DNA of 64,000 nucleotides from Escherichia coli (GTDB lineage Bacteria; Pseudomonadota; Gammaproteobacteria; Enterobacterales; Enterobacteriaceae): NCBI RefSeq assembly GCF_041886205.1, contig NZ_CP169031.1; one strand, 5' to 3'. Shown piece by piece: positions 34,917 to 45,999 of this stretch (position 1 is its first letter; each line of letters starts with the position of its first letter). The notes under the pieces were generated by a model. It saw only the letters and a program-made list of their open reading frames with translations, ran no database searches and was not told where the DNA came from. The position numbers and the translations under genes were made by a program.

Positions 34917-35054
34917 ATGATTGTATTTTTTCAGTTTCTAAGTGCATTTTTAAATGCGCCTGTTCTTAGCCAAGTGCTGGCGATTGTCTTCATCGTGGTT
35001 CTGATATGGTTTTTCAAGTCAGTGATAAACAGAGGCGTGCGCTGGCTTATTTAA
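34917..35054 (+). CDS. small hydrophobic membrane peptide (45 aa)
   Basis: MIVFFQFLSAFLNAPVLSQVLAIVFIVVLIWFFKSVINRGVRWLI with SD GAGGA 8 nt upstream. Confidence 0.3.
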   Translation: MIVFFQFLSAFLNAPVLSQVLAIVFIVVLIWFFKSVINRGVRWLI

Positions 35055-35237
35055 TGTCGCGCTGAGATATTAATTCCCTTGCTGTTTAACCATTTTTTGT
35101 GTGTGCTGGTGAGCGTGTGAAGGCTCAATTTGTTGCCCACCAGTATTTACTATTTCTAAGCTCCACATTGTCACTTCCGCACAAACAACTTAGCGCGGAA
35201 TCAGTATTCGGCCCAAGATGTAAAAAGCCAACCTGCG

Positions 35238-35453
35238 TTATGGTTCGCATTTCCAAATAGTGTTCTGAACGCCCGTGCCGGGCGCGAGATGTGGATTAGC
35301 GTTCGCGCTATGCTGATATACGACTTTGGACTTTCCATATTGCTGACAGGCTTTGTCTGCGGTTTTTTGCAGGCTGTCCAGCCCATACCAGCCATCTGAC
35401 TGGATGCTAACATTTTCGCCGTCATTGTATTGCACCATCGCACACCCAGACAT
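35238..35453 (-). CDS. small protein, unknown
   Basis: 71-aa ORF just upstream of hsdM on the opposite strand; upstream in-frame sequence resembles a lipoprotein signal (ILAMSGC) but lacks a start codon. Confidence 0.25.
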   Translation of the reverse strand: MSGCAMVQYNDGENVSIQSDGWYGLDSLQKTADKACQQYGKSKVVYQHSANANPHLAPGTGVQNTIWKCEP

Positions 35454-35586
35454 AGCTAAAATCGCACCGACAATACCGCTTTTCCAAAAAGCTCTAATTA
35501 GGTCATTCGTTACCTAATGTCCGAACTGCTAAAGCATCTAAGTTGCTGTAGAATCACATCCAATTACATAAGCCTGAAATAAGTGG

Positions 35587-37149
35587 ATGAAAATGACAAG
35601 TATTCAACAACGTGCAGAGCTTCATCGTCAAATCTGGCAAATTGCTAACGATGTCAGGGGTTCGGTCGATGGATGGGATTTTAAGCAATACGTTCTGGGC
35701 GCACTTTTCTACCGTTTTATCAGCGAAAATTTTTCCAGCCATATGGAAGCCGGTGATGACAGTATCTGTTATGCGAAACTGGATGACAGCGTAATTACTG
35801 ATGACATTAAAGACGATGCCATCAAAACTAAAGGCTACTTCATCTACCCCAGTCAGCTTTTCTGCAACGTAGCTGCGAAAGCAAATACCAATGACAGACT
35901 GAATGCAGATTTAAACAGCATCTTCGTTGCTATCGAAAGTTCTGCTTACGGTTATCCTTCAGAAGCTGACATCAAAGGTTTGTTTGCTGATTTCGATACC
36001 ACCAGTAACCGCTTGGGTAACACCGTTAAAGATAAAAATGCCCGCCTGGCTGCGGTTCTGAAAGGGGTTGAAGGGTTAAATCTGGGCAACTTTAACGAAC
36101 ATCAGATTGACTTATTTGGCGATGCCTATGAGTTCCTGATTTCTAACTATGCGGCGAATGCCGGTAAGTCAGGCGGCGAGTTCTTTACACCGCAACACGT
36201 CTCTAAGCTGATTGCACAACTGGCTATGCACGGGCAGACCCACGTTAACAAAATCTACGACCCGGCAGCAGGTTCCGGTTCGCTGTTGTTGCAGGCTAAA
36301 AAGCAGTTTGATAACCATATCATCGAAGAAGGCTTTTTCGGTCAGGAAATCAACCATACGACCTATAACCTGGCGCGTATGAACATGTTTTTGCACAACA
36401 TCAACTACGACAAGTTTGATATCAGGCTGGGTAATACACTGACTGAGCCGCACTTCAGAGATGAAAAACCGTTTGATGCCATCGTTTCTAACCCGCCGTA
36501 TTCGGTGAAATGGATTGGCAGCGATGACCCGACGCTGATTAACGATGAACGTTTTGCCCCGGCTGGCGTTCTGGCCCCAAAATCCAAAGCTGACTTTGCG
36601 TTTGTATTACATGCGCTGAACTATCTTTCGGCCAAAGGTCGTGCTGCGATTGTCTGCTTCCCGGGTATTTTTTACCGTGGCGGCGCAGAGCAGAAAATCC
36701 GTCAGTATCTGGTTGACAATAACTATGTCGAAACCGTGATTTCACTGGCACCGAACCTGTTCTTTGGCACCACCATTGCAGTAAACATTCTGGTGCTGTC
36801 TAAACATAAAACGGATACCAAAGTTCAGTTTATTGACGCCAGCGAACTGTTCAAAAAAGAGACTAACAACAACATCCTTACCGATGCGCATATCAAACAG
36901 ATTATGCAGGTCTTTGACACCAAAGCAGATACTGACCATCTGGCGAAATCTGTGCCGTTTGAGACCGTGGCCGCCAATGGTTATAACTTGTCAGTTAGCA
37001 GCTATGTGGAAGCCAAAGATACCCGCGAAGTTGTAGATATCACTGAACTGAATGCCGAACTGAAAACCACCGTCAGCAAAATCGACCAGTTACGCCAAGA
37101 CATTGATGTGATCGTGGCTAGAATTGAAGGCAGAGAGGTACAGGCATGA
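35587..37149 (+). CDS. hsdM: Type I restriction-modification system methyltransferase subunit HsdM (Type IC, EcoR124-like)
   Basis: 520 aa; N6-adenine methyltransferase motifs [10 protein letters not shown] and NPPYSVKW; N-terminus [17 protein letters not shown] as recalled for EcoR124 HsdM. Confidence 0.95.
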   Translation: MKMTSIQQRAELHRQIWQIANDVRGSVDGWDFKQYVLGALFYRFISENFSSHMEAGDDSICYAKLDDSVITDDIKDDAIKTKGYFIYPSQLFCNVAAKANTNDRLNADLNSIFVAIESSAYGYPSEADIKGLFADFDTTSNRLGNTVKDKNARLAAVLKGVEGLNLGNFNEHQIDLFGDAYEFLISNYAANAGKSGGEFFTPQHVSKLIAQLAMHGQTHVNKIYDPAAGSGSLLLQAKKQFDNHIIEEGFFGQEINHTTYNLARMNMFLHNINYDKFDIRLGNTLTEPHFRDEKPFDAIVSNPPYSVKWIGSDDPTLINDERFAPAGVLAPKSKADFAFVLHALNYLSAKGRAAIVCFPGIFYRGGAEQKIRQYLVDNNYVETVISLAPNLFFGTTIAVNILVLSKHKTDTKVQFIDASELFKKETNNNILTDAHIKQIMQVFDTKADTDHLAKSVPFETVAANGYNLSVSSYVEAKDTREVVDITELNAELKTTVSKIDQLRQDIDVIVARIEGREVQA

Positions 37150-38354
37150 GCGAGCTGAGCTATCTGGAAAAACTGTTGGATGGGGTTGAGGTTGAGTGGG
37201 TAACATTGGGTTCTATGGCAGATATCGGTACTGGAAGCTCAAATCGTCAGGATGAAAGCGAAAATGGAATTTATCCATTCTATGTTCGCTCAAAGAATAT
37301 CTTGAAGTCAGATACCTTTGAATTTGATGAGGTAGCAATAGTCATTCCTGGTGAAGGTGGAATTGGCGACATATTTCACTATGTTGAGGGGAAATATGCT
37401 CTACATCAAAGGGCGTATAGAATTCGTATCACAACTAATGCCGTAGACACGAAGTTTTTGTATTACTTCATGTCATCTAGCTTTAAGCAGTACATCTTGA
37501 CAAAAAGTGTGGGTGCTACCGCCATTTCGATAAGAAAACCCATGCTGGAAGGATTTAAAGTTCCCATTCCTAGCCCGGACAACCCGGAAAAGTCCCTTGC
37601 CATCCAGTCTGAAATTGTTCGGATTCTGGATAAATTTACTGCAATTACCGCTGAGCTTACCGCTGAGCTTACTATGCGTAAAAAACAGTACAACTACTAT
37701 CGCGACCAGTTGTTGAGTTTTAAAGAGGGTGAGGTTGAGTGGAAGACTTTGGGGGAAATTGGGAATTTTACATATGGATATGCAGCCAAAGCCATGGACT
37801 CAGGAGATGCCCGTTTCGTGAGAATTACTGACATAAATAAAGACGGGAAGCTATCGAAAGAAAACCCAATGTACGTTGAATTAAATGAGGAAAATGAGAA
37901 ATATACCTTAGAAAAAAATGATTTACTCATGGCAAGGACTGGTGCAACCTTTGGTAAAACAATGATTTTTGAAGAAGATTATCCAGCAGTATACGCTGGT
38001 TTTTTAATAAAGTTGAACCTAAATGAAACGATTATTAATGCCAAATATTACTGGCACTTTGCACAAAGTGATTTTTTTTGGGAACAGGCTAATAAATTAG
38101 TATCTGGTGGTGGGCAACCACAGTTTAATGCTAATGCACTGAAACAAGTCAGAGTACCTATTCCATACCCATCTCACCCTCAAAAATCTTTAGACGAACA
38201 GGGGCGTATTGTGGATATTCTAGATAAGTTTGATGCAATCGCAGCTTCCATCACTGAAGGTCTTCCGCGTGAAATCGAGTTACGCCAAAAACAATACGAA
38301 TACTACCGTGATTTACTGTTCAGTTTCCCAAAACCTGAAACTGTCAGTAATTAA
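37146..38354 (+). CDS. hsdS: Type I restriction-modification system specificity subunit HsdS (Type IC)
   Basis: 402 aa; two target-recognition domains separated by a central conserved region containing the TAELTAEL repeat; conserved C-terminus [26 protein letters not shown]. Confidence 0.95.
   Translation: MSELSYLEKLLDGVEVEWVTLGSMADIGTGSSNRQDESENGIYPFYVRSKNILKSDTFEFDEVAIVIPGEGGIGDIFHYVEGKYALHQRAYRIRITTNAVDTKFLYYFMSSSFKQYILTKSVGATAISIRKPMLEGFKVPIPSPDNPEKSLAIQSEIVRILDKFTAITAELTAELTMRKKQYNYYRDQLLSFKEGEVEWKTLGEIGNFTYGYAAKAMDSGDARFVRITDINKDGKLSKENPMYVELNEENEKYTLEKNDLLMARTGATFGKTMIFEEDYPAVYAGFLIKLNLNETIINAKYYWHFAQSDFFWEQANKLVSGGGQPQFNANALKQVRVPIPYPSHPQKSLDEQGRIVDILDKFDAIAASITEGLPREIELRQKQYEYYRDLLFSFPKPETVSN
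37647..37670 (+). repeat. 2 x 12-bp tandem repeat ACCGCTGAGCTT inside hsdS central region
   Basis: Encodes TAEL-TAEL; the copy number of this repeat sets the spacer length of the recognition site in EcoR124-type systems. Confidence 0.85.
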
Positions 38355-38475
38355 TTGACCATTGCTACCGACCGGGCCACCTTAACACCCGGTCTGTATA
38401 TAGACTATTTTTTACGCGCCGGAAGTCACTCTTAACGCCCTTCCGGCCCTTGCCAGGCGGCACAAAGGATGCGCT

Positions 38476-41400
38476 ATGACTCATCAGACACACACTATTG
38501 CTGAATCCAATAACTTTATCGTCCTTGATAAGTACATCAAAGCTGAGCCAACAGGCGACAGCTACCAGAGCGAATCGGACCTGGAACGTGAACTGATTCA
38601 GGACCTGCGGAATCAGGGCTATGAATTTATATCCGTAAAATCTCAGTCGGCTATGCTGTCCAATGTTCGGGAACAGCTTCAGAGCCTCAATGGTGTGGTG
38701 TTTAATGACAGCGAGTGGCGGCGTTTCACGGAGCAGTATCTGGACAACCCGAGCGATGGCATTCTGGATAAGACCCGTAAAATCCATATCGACTATATTT
38801 GCGACTTTATTTTTGATGACGAGCGACTTGAGAACATCTATTTGATAGATAAAAAGAATCTCATGCGCAATAAGGTGCAGATTATCCAGCAGTTTGAACA
38901 GACGGGTTCTCATGCTAACCGTTATGACGTCACGCTCCTGGTTAATGGCTTACCACTGGTACAAATCGAACTGAAAAAGCGCGGCGTGGCGATTCGTGAG
39001 GCTTTCAACCAGATACATCGTTACAGTAAAGAGAGTTTTAACAGCGAAAATTCCCTGTTTAAGTATCTGCAACTGTTTATCATTTCTAACGGCACAGATA
39101 CCCGTTACTTTGCCAACACCACAAAGCGCGATAAAAACAGTTTTGATTTCACCATGAACTGGGCGAAATCAGACAACACGCTGATTAAAGACCTCAAAGA
39201 CTTTACCGCTACCTTTTTCCAGAAACATACTCTGCTGAATGTTCTGGTGAACTACAGCGTGTTTGACAGTAGTCAGACACTACTGGTGATGCGACCGTAC
39301 CAGATTGCCGCCACCGAGCGCATTCTGTGGAAAATTAAGAGCTCCTTTACAGCGAAGAACTGGTCAAAACCGGAAAGCGGTGGGTATATCTGGCACACTA
39401 CCGGTTCTGGTAAAACCCTCACCAGCTTTAAAGCCGCGCGTCTGGCAACAGAGCTGGACTTTATTGATAAAGTCTTCTTCGTGGTCGACAGGAAAGACCT
39501 CGATTACCAGACCATGAAGGAATATCAGCGTTTTTCGCCAGATAGTGTTAACGGTTCGGAAAATACCGCAGGCCTGAAACGAAATCTGGATAAGGACGAT
39601 AACAAAATTATTGTCACCACTATTCAGAAACTCAATAACCTGATGAAAGCAGAAAGCGACTTGCCTGTATACAATCAGCAAGTGGTGTTTATATTTGATG
39701 AATGCCACCGCAGCCAGTTTGGAGAAGCGCAGAAAAACCTGAAGAAGAAATTTAAACGCTATTATCAATTTGGTTTTACCGGCACCCCTATTTTCCTGGA
39801 AAACGCCTTAGGCTCAGAAACAACAGCCAGCGTATTTGGTCGTGAATTGCATTCGTATGTAATTACCGATGCGATTCGTGACGAAAAAGTGCTCAAGTTC
39901 AAGGTGGACTACAACGATGTGCGGCCACAGTTTAAGTCTTTAGAGACAGAAACTGACGAGAAAAAACTGAGTGCGGCTGAAAATCAGCAGGCGTTTCTTC
40001 ATCCCATGCGTATACAGGAAATTACGCAATATATTCTGAATAATTTCCGCCAGAAAACCCACCGCACCTTCCCTGGCTCAAAAGGTTTTAATGCTATGTT
40101 GGCAGTGAGCAGCGTGGATGCTGCAAAAGCCTATTACGCGACGTTTAAACGGTTACAAGAGGAAGCAGCTAATAAATCGGCTACCTATAAACCGCTGCGT
40201 GTTGCGACAATCTTCTCCTTTGCTGCCAATGAAGAACAAAATGCCATTGGTGAAATTTCCGATGAAACTTTTGATACCAGCGCAATGGACAGCAGTGCTA
40301 AAGAGTTTCTTGATGCTGCAATTCGTGAGTATAACAGCTATTTTAAAACTAACTTCAGCACCGACAGTAACGGTTTTCAGAACTACTATCGTGATTTAGC
40401 CCAACGGGTTAAAAATCAGGATATCGATCTGTTAATTGTCGTGGGGATGTTTTTAACCGGCTTCGACGCTCCAACATTGAACACGCTATTCGTCGATAAA
40501 AACTTGCGTTTTCACGGCCTGATGCAGGCATTTTCCCGCACCAACCGCATTTATGACGCTACTAAAACCTTCGGTAATATCGTCACTTTCCGCGATCTGG
40601 AACGCTCAACCATCGATGCCATAACGCTGTTTGGTGACAAAAACACCAAAAATGTAGTGTTAGAAAAGAGTTATGCAGAGTATATGGAAGGCTTTACTGA
40701 TGCCGCTACTGGTGAAGCTAAGCGCGGCTTTATGGCGGTAGTTGCAGAACTGGAACAACGGTTCCCTGACCCAGCCAGTATTGAAAGTGAAAAAGAGAAG
40801 AAAGACTTCGTTAAACTGTTTGGTGAATACCTGCGTACCGAGAACATCCTGCAAAACTATGATGAATTTGCCACGCTGAAAGCCCTGCAACAAATCGATC
40901 TTAGCGATCCTGTTGCAGTAGAAAAATTCAAAGCAGAACATTATGTGGATGATGAAAAGCTCGCTGAATTGCAAACAATTCGTCTCCCTGCTGATCGCAA
41001 GATTCAGGATTATCGTTCTGCCTATAACGATATTCGCGACTGGCAGCGCCGTGAGAAAGAAGCTGAGAAAAAAGAGAAATCAACCACTGACTGGGATGAC
41101 GTAGTTTTTGAGGTCGATTTGTTGAAGTCTCAGGAAATAAACCTGGATTATATCCTTGGACTGATTTTCGAACACAACAGACAAAATAAAGGCAAGGGCG
41201 AAATGATCGAAGAGGTCAAACGCTTAATTCGTTCAAGCCTGGGGAACCGTGCTAAAGAGGGCCTGGTGGTCGACTTTATTCAGCAAACGAACCTGGATGA
41301 CTTACCGGACAAAGCCAGCATCATTGACGCATTCTTTACGTTTGCTCAACGCGAACAGCAACGTGAAGCAGAAGCATTGATAAAAGAAGAAAATCTCAAT

Positions 41401-41592
41401 GAAGAGGCGGCGAAACGCTATATTCGCACGTCTTTAAAACGCGAATACGCCACCGAAAATGGCACAGAATTAAACGAAACATTACCAAAACTTAGTCCGT
41501 TGAATCCGCAATATAAAACGAAAAAACAGGCAGTTTTCCAGAAAATCGTCTCGTTTATTGAGAAGTTTAAAGGCGTAGGCGGAAAAATATAG
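38476..41592 (+). CDS. hsdR: Type I restriction-modification system restriction subunit HsdR (Type IC)
   Basis: 1038 aa; SF2 helicase motifs ([14 protein letters not shown]) and N-terminal nuclease region; gene order M-S-R is typical of the IC family. Confidence 0.95.
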   Translation: MTHQTHTIAESNNFIVLDKYIKAEPTGDSYQSESDLERELIQDLRNQGYEFISVKSQSAMLSNVREQLQSLNGVVFNDSEWRRFTEQYLDNPSDGILDKTRKIHIDYICDFIFDDERLENIYLIDKKNLMRNKVQIIQQFEQTGSHANRYDVTLLVNGLPLVQIELKKRGVAIREAFNQIHRYSKESFNSENSLFKYLQLFIISNGTDTRYFANTTKRDKNSFDFTMNWAKSDNTLIKDLKDFTATFFQKHTLLNVLVNYSVFDSSQTLLVMRPYQIAATERILWKIKSSFTAKNWSKPESGGYIWHTTGSGKTLTSFKAARLATELDFIDKVFFVVDRKDLDYQTMKEYQRFSPDSVNGSENTAGLKRNLDKDDNKIIVTTIQKLNNLMKAESDLPVYNQQVVFIFDECHRSQFGEAQKNLKKKFKRYYQFGFTGTPIFLENALGSETTASVFGRELHSYVITDAIRDEKVLKFKVDYNDVRPQFKSLETETDEKKLSAAENQQAFLHPMRIQEITQYILNNFRQKTHRTFPGSKGFNAMLAVSSVDAAKAYYATFKRLQEEAANKSATYKPLRVATIFSFAANEEQNAIGEISDETFDTSAMDSSAKEFLDAAIREYNSYFKTNFSTDSNGFQNYYRDLAQRVKNQDIDLLIVVGMFLTGFDAPTLNTLFVDKNLRFHGLMQAFSRTNRIYDATKTFGNIVTFRDLERSTIDAITLFGDKNTKNVVLEKSYAEYMEGFTDAATGEAKRGFMAVVAELEQRFPDPASIESEKEKKDFVKLFGEYLRTENILQNYDEFATLKALQQIDLSDPVAVEKFKAEHYVDDEKLAELQTIRLPADRKIQDYRSAYNDIRDWQRREKEAEKKEKSTTDWDDVVFEVDLLKSQEINLDYILGLIFEHNRQNKGKGEMIEEVKRLIRSSLGNRAKEGLVVDFIQQTNLDDLPDKASIIDAFFTFAQREQQREAEALIKEENLNEEAAKRYIRTSLKREYATENGTELNETLPKLSPLNPQYKTKKQAVFQKIVSFIEKFKGVGGKI

Positions 41593-41786
41593 CCCAATTC
41601 GTGTTTTTCTTGCGGGTTCTTAATTAAACCCGCAAGAGCTCGTGGGGTTCCAAATGGCTAATATACTCCCCTTACCCATGCGCGACGATGCCGCCAAAAG
41701 TGATAGAGAACAGCCAGAAATAGATCGCGGCCATAATGATTTTGAATGCCGTGTTCATATTTTCAGCTCCTGTGATTGATTGGATA

Positions 41787-41817
41787 CATGCCGCGCCTTG
41801 CGGCATGTTTTTATTTT
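41787..41817 (+). terminator. rho-independent terminator downstream of hsdR
   Basis: Hairpin catgccgc/gcggcatg followed by TTTTTATTTT. Confidence 0.6.
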
Positions 41818-41840
41818 CACTTTCTCTGTTTTAAAAATCA

Positions 41841-41857
41841 AGATTTATTAGAGTAAT
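41841..41857. promoter_or_regulatory. C1 operator (15/17)
   Basis: agatttattagagtaat at the junction of the pap-like gene and the RM island. Confidence 0.6.
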
Positions 41858-42363
41858 TATTGCTGATGGAGAAGCGCGTTTTCATACTCCCTGACCATTA
41901 ACGTAAGTACGCCGTGACTCCTGAAAACACGCGCCACTTCAATCTTATCTTCCAGCGCGAACGCGATTTTACTTAGACCAATTTTCTTAAGGAGATCAAT
42001 CTTTGCTGGGCCGTCATTTCTATCATCGGTAGCAGGACGCATAGATAGCAAAGGCTCAGCCCCGTTTGTTACGTGCTTACGCAACCAGGCTCGTGTTTTA
42101 TCCCTGGCTATCTCACAGCGCCCGGTTACAAACCAGAGGGTGTAAATGCCGGACAACTGGCGCACCATATCAATAACTGGAGTGATGGGAGTATCGGTGT
42201 CACAGGCGAGATTAAACTCGTTCCAGTCCTTTGTTAATGCACCTTTACCTGGTGGCGGAAGCAAATGCAGTCTGTCTTCAGTTGCCTCTGATATTGTTCC
42301 ATCAATATCGACTATGACGATATACGGACGTTCCTGGTGTGCGTGTTTATTGAAAATACTCAA
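41857..42363 (-). CDS. HAD-family phosphatase (P1 pap-like)
   Basis: HAD motif I IVIVDIDGTI; 168 aa. Confidence 0.65.
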   Translation of the reverse strand: MSIFNKHAHQERPYIVIVDIDGTISEATEDRLHLLPPPGKGALTKDWNEFNLACDTDTPITPVIDMVRQLSGIYTLWFVTGRCEIARDKTRAWLRKHVTNGAEPLLSMRPATDDRNDGPAKIDLLKKIGLSKIAFALEDKIEVARVFRSHGVLTLMVREYENALLHQQ

Positions 42364-42436
42364 ATGCCCTCCTCATTGGACGAAAAAAATGCTGGTGGGA
42401 CGCACTCCACCAGCATTAAAAGTGACACTGTAACTA

Positions 42437-43699
42437 TCAGCGAACGTAAATAGTGCCGCCGTTCTCTTTTTCCCATGCATCGCTACGTGCATAGCAAACA
42501 TCGAGAAGTCTTCTTGCCGCTGTTTCCTCTAAACCCAATTCGACAACCAACTGCTCATGACGGCGGGTAACCACATCAAACAGGGTATGCAGCCCTTTAG
42601 TTGCCAGATCATCAATGAATTCCGGTTCGAACGGCAGCTCTGCATCTGCCAACATAACCTCTTGCGCCCACTCGACACGGCGGACCAGTTCCGGGCGGCG
42701 GCTTTCCATCTCTTTACAGATCAATTCATGGAAGAACTCTACCCAACCTTCCGGCTGGAACTCGCGGAAAATGGCCAACGGCTGGAAGTTTGGCATCAAC
42801 CATTCGTTGATCCGGATATCAATGGCATAGCCCATGTCGCAGCAGAACTGATAAGCAAAGTCCAGCTTAGAAACGATATAAGGACGCTCGTTATTGAACT
42901 CTTTAGGCGATGAGATCCCATAAGCCAGGAGGCGCGGGAAGAAGGAGATTTGCCCTAACGTCGGATGAAGTTTGCTTGCAGGGAAACGGCGCTCAGTAAT
43001 GCCATACATTTCCTTCTTGAGCGTCGCAAATTTGGCATTCTCATTAACCAGCGCGGTAACCTCTGCTTTTTTATTAGCAAATGCCACGCGCGCCTCGCTT
43101 GCATCTTTAATAGTTTTTTTGAGCTGTTGGTTAAGGTCGGCGACCTGCTTACGCAGTTCCTGTCGCTCGCTTTTAGCTTTGTTATAGCGTTTCTCAAGGT
43201 TAAAAGGATCAAGTTTCATGATCTCTTTATATTGAGATTTTAGCGTTGAAATCTGTGAGTTCCGCAGTTCAACCATCGCGGTCATTTCATTGAGTTTTGT
43301 TTCCAGCTCAATGCTTATACGTTCGGCATTATCAGCACGCTGGTTGGCGTCATGCGTCGCATCGTCGATCGCGTCCTGTTGCTGGCGTTTCAAATGTTCA
43401 ATTTGCAGCTGAAGCTCTTCAATTTCTTTACCCTTCAGACCAAGATCCAACTGCATATTTTCAGCTGCATCTACCAGGGAGTTATGGCTATCAGCTTCTG
43501 CGTTATAAACATCAATAAGCTGTGCGTGAAGCATCTCCGCTGACTGAACCGCATTATCAAAAAAACGCGCTGTGAGGTCATCACAACTAACGCGGCGTTG
43601 CGCGGCCCGGATGTTCTGGATAATGGCCGGGATACCGGCATTCAGGACGTCAGGGATAGATACATTTTCGATTGATTGGTTTTGTGCTGAAGTGCTCAT
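42437..43699 (-). CDS. coiled-coil protein, unknown function (pmg-type late gene)
   Basis: 420 aa with a long heptad-rich central region. Confidence 0.6.
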   Translation of the reverse strand: MSTSAQNQSIENVSIPDVLNAGIPAIIQNIRAAQRRVSCDDLTARFFDNAVQSAEMLHAQLIDVYNAEADSHNSLVDAAENMQLDLGLKGKEIEELQLQIEHLKRQQQDAIDDATHDANQRADNAERISIELETKLNEMTAMVELRNSQISTLKSQYKEIMKLDPFNLEKRYNKAKSERQELRKQVADLNQQLKKTIKDASEARVAFANKKAEVTALVNENAKFATLKKEMYGITERRFPASKLHPTLGQISFFPRLLAYGISSPKEFNNERPYIVSKLDFAYQFCCDMGYAIDIRINEWLMPNFQPLAIFREFQPEGWVEFFHELICKEMESRRPELVRRVEWAQEVMLADAELPFEPEFIDDLATKGLHTLFDVVTRRHEQLVVELGLEETAARRLLDVCYARSDAWEKENGGTIYVR

Positions 43700-43700
43700 T

Positions 43701-43919
43701 TCAAAGTTCCGTATTAGCTTGTGCTTCGGTCATTTTTCCTAAGTATGAAGGTGGAAGGACTACGCAATTTGTATCCAGTCCCTCACCTATGGCAGCCTGT
43801 AAAATTCTGGCTAAGGTGAGTCTCTTGTTGCGATACCTGGTGATGACATGCCTGATACCGCCGGTCGGCGTAACAAAGGCGATCAGCCAGTAGTGATATT
43901 TCCGTCGGAATGGCCACAT
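43701..43919 (-). CDS. small protein, unknown
   Basis: 72-aa ORF coupled to the downstream gene; operator-flanked promoter region upstream. Confidence 0.4.
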   Translation of the reverse strand: MWPFRRKYHYWLIAFVTPTGGIRHVITRYRNKRLTLARILQAAIGEGLDTNCVVLPPSYLGKMTEAQANTEL

Positions 43920-43933
43920 AGTGCACCTTATAG

Positions 43934-43950
43934 ATTGCTCTAATAAAAAA
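43934..43950. promoter_or_regulatory. C1 operator (14/17)
   Basis: attgctctaataaaaaa. Confidence 0.5.
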
Positions 43951-43982
43951 CGTGATGAGTGTACATCACGTTTTAAAAATAT

Positions 43983-43999
43983 GGAATTATTAGAGCAAT
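43983..43999. promoter_or_regulatory. C1 operator (14/17), inverted relative to its neighbour
   Basis: ggaattattagagcaat; together with 43934-43950 forms an inverted operator pair about 50 bp apart. Confidence 0.5.
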
Positions 44000-44000
44000 A

Positions 44001-44702
44001 TTATTCTGATTCTCGCTCAAAAAACGAGCTAATGAGGGGAAGCCAATCCTCTGACACTTCGCGAGGTCGCGGTTTGCCGTGGAAAAAAATTATTCGGCAG
44101 TCCTTTGGTAATGCCCCATTCCCCCTGGAGTAACGCGCGCTCGCATATTTTGAACCTGGTTCCACAACATCGGCCTTGTAACTTACAAACCATCCTGGAT
44201 ACAGATCCTGAAATGCTGGTGTATCATCGCCCATAACCTTCCGTAAGAACCCCTGATCACCCCAGCACTCAGTAGTGACACAACGAGAAATCCAACCTTC
44301 CGGATCTTGCCAGAATGAACTCCAGATATGTGCTTTTACACTATTTGGTATCCACAGGGCACCGCTACCACGATATTGTGGATGGTAAAAATCCCTAAGC
44401 ATGGTGAAGCTGGTTGGTGGATTCTCAAGGATTGGGCGTATATCACCGGCAATAACTGTGTCCAAATCCAGATAGAACAGATCATCGGTTATATCCGGTC
44501 GGAACAACTCGATTTTCGCCCACCAGCCACGGCACTTTTGCCACTGGTTGATCAATGGGACAACTTTGACGCCAGGTACATGTAAACGCTTCAGGTCTGT
44601 CAGGCAAATAATTTCATAGCCTTTTGGCAGTTGATTAACCAGCCACTGCACATCGGAAGCGTTATAGTCACCACCAGAGCGAAGAACTAAAGCAATCTTC
44701 AT
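44001..44702 (-). CDS. hypothetical protein (233 aa)
   Basis: ORF overlapping the ppp stop; no confident motif. Confidence 0.55.
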   Translation of the reverse strand: MKIALVLRSGGDYNASDVQWLVNQLPKGYEIICLTDLKRLHVPGVKVVPLINQWQKCRGWWAKIELFRPDITDDLFYLDLDTVIAGDIRPILENPPTSFTMLRDFYHPQYRGSGALWIPNSVKAHIWSSFWQDPEGWISRCVTTECWGDQGFLRKVMGDDTPAFQDLYPGWFVSYKADVVEPGSKYASARYSRGNGALPKDCRIIFFHGKPRPREVSEDWLPLISSFFERESE

Positions 44703-45391
44703 GCTGCACCATCACCTTTCACTTTCATCAATGTCAGGTTTCCGCAAAATACGGCACCAGTGTCGATATAATGCTGATTCCAGAATGTCTTCGGGCTTTT
44801 CACCGGAGTGTGACCAAAGATAAAACGATCTGCGCCAGAAATTTCGCCACCAATATCATCCATCGAATAACTGATACGCTCGCGCGCCCAGACAACGTTG
44901 AAAAGCGGCACCTCCTTACCGAATTGATATTCATTATCCGGATAGTCGGCATGGGCTATAACGATAGTTTCTTGCCCGGTGTTCAACTCAATGATATAGG
45001 GCAGACGTCTTACCAGCTCCACCAGCGCCCTGGCTAATATTTCCTGATCAGTGTCCAACATGAAGAACCATTGTCCACCATTCATTAGCCAGTTATTCAC
45101 GTTGCCATCAGGACTTAACGCATCGAGCATCAACCGCTCATGGTTCCCCATCACTGCCCTGAACCAAGGCATCTGCAATAGTTCCAGACATTCGACATTT
45201 TCAGTACCGCGATCGATAAGGTCGCCGACCGATATCAGTAAATCCTGCGCCGGGTCAAAATGCACACGATGGAGTTCGGACATCAGTCTGGTGTAGCAAC
45301 CATGCAGATCACCAACAACCCAGACATTCCTGTATTTGGTACCGTCGATACGGTGATAAATTGTGGGTGCCATCATGTATTCTTCAGCCAT
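44699..45391 (-). CDS. ppp: Ser/Thr protein phosphatase (lambda-PPase-like metallophosphatase)
   Basis: Motifs GDLHGC, GDLIDRG, GNHE. Confidence 0.9.
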   Translation of the reverse strand: MAEEYMMAPTIYHRIDGTKYRNVWVVGDLHGCYTRLMSELHRVHFDPAQDLLISVGDLIDRGTENVECLELLQMPWFRAVMGNHERLMLDALSPDGNVNNWLMNGGQWFFMLDTDQEILARALVELVRRLPYIIELNTGQETIVIAHADYPDNEYQFGKEVPLFNVVWARERISYSMDDIGGEISGADRFIFGHTPVKSPKTFWNQHYIDTGAVFCGNLTLMKVKGDGAA

Positions 45392-45999
45392 TCTTTAAGA
45401 GTCATCTGCGGAATACCTCCCATTTTCCCGCATGAAACAACGTCAATCTGTTCACGCGCAGACTGGAATAACAAAGGCAGGTGACTTAGATTTTTTGGCG
45501 TGCCGCCGGAGTGAACGCGTGGTTCTTGCGTAGCGTCAACGCCCACCAGGGCTACATGTTTGAATCCGATATGGAAAGCCAGGTTCAGAGCACCATATGC
45601 ACTATTGCCGCTGGCAATTTCATTCTCATCTTCGCAAAGGCCGAAATGTGCGGACCAGCGCCATGCCCACCACTCGGGAGAATTCGTATGTTTTGGCTCC
45701 GTGCCGCGTTCAGCCACACGACGGAAGCACAGAACGCCATCTCTGACTTCACGTTCTTTAACATCGGGTAGTGCCATGCAATAACAAACACCACGGCGAC
45801 GGCGGCCACGACCAACGCGCCGCATATTGTCTGGCGATGGATCAAGTGTGAAAAAATAAGAAGCGCGGTTAAGCCAGTCGATGGCCCCATTGACCGCTAT
45901 AATCGGCACTCCGCGCGGCGCAACAAAGTTTGCGGCGCTTGGGCCACTGCCGACGATAATAACGCGATCACTGCCTCTAAATTTATTCTTGGGAAACAT
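45373..45999 (-). CDS. hypothetical Rossmann-like protein, paralog A
   Basis: VIIVGSGPS...IIAVNGA...[26 protein letters not shown]; paralogous to the adjacent ORF. Confidence 0.55.
   Translation of the reverse strand: MFPKNKFRGSDRVIIVGSGPSAANFVAPRGVPIIAVNGAIDWLNRASYFFTLDPSPDNMRRVGRGRRRRGVCYCMALPDVKEREVRDGVLCFRRVAERGTEPKHTNSPEWWAWRWSAHFGLCEDENEIASGNSAYGALNLAFHIGFKHVALVGVDATQEPRVHSGGTPKNLSHLPLLFQSAREQIDVVSCGKMGGIPQMTLKEWLKNT

Noticed and set aside
41609-41636. Inverted repeat cttgcgggtt/aacccgcaag directly after the hsdR stop, as a possible terminator
   Set aside because: The T-run precedes rather than follows the stem on the hsdR strand; the canonical terminator at 41787-41817 is the better candidate.
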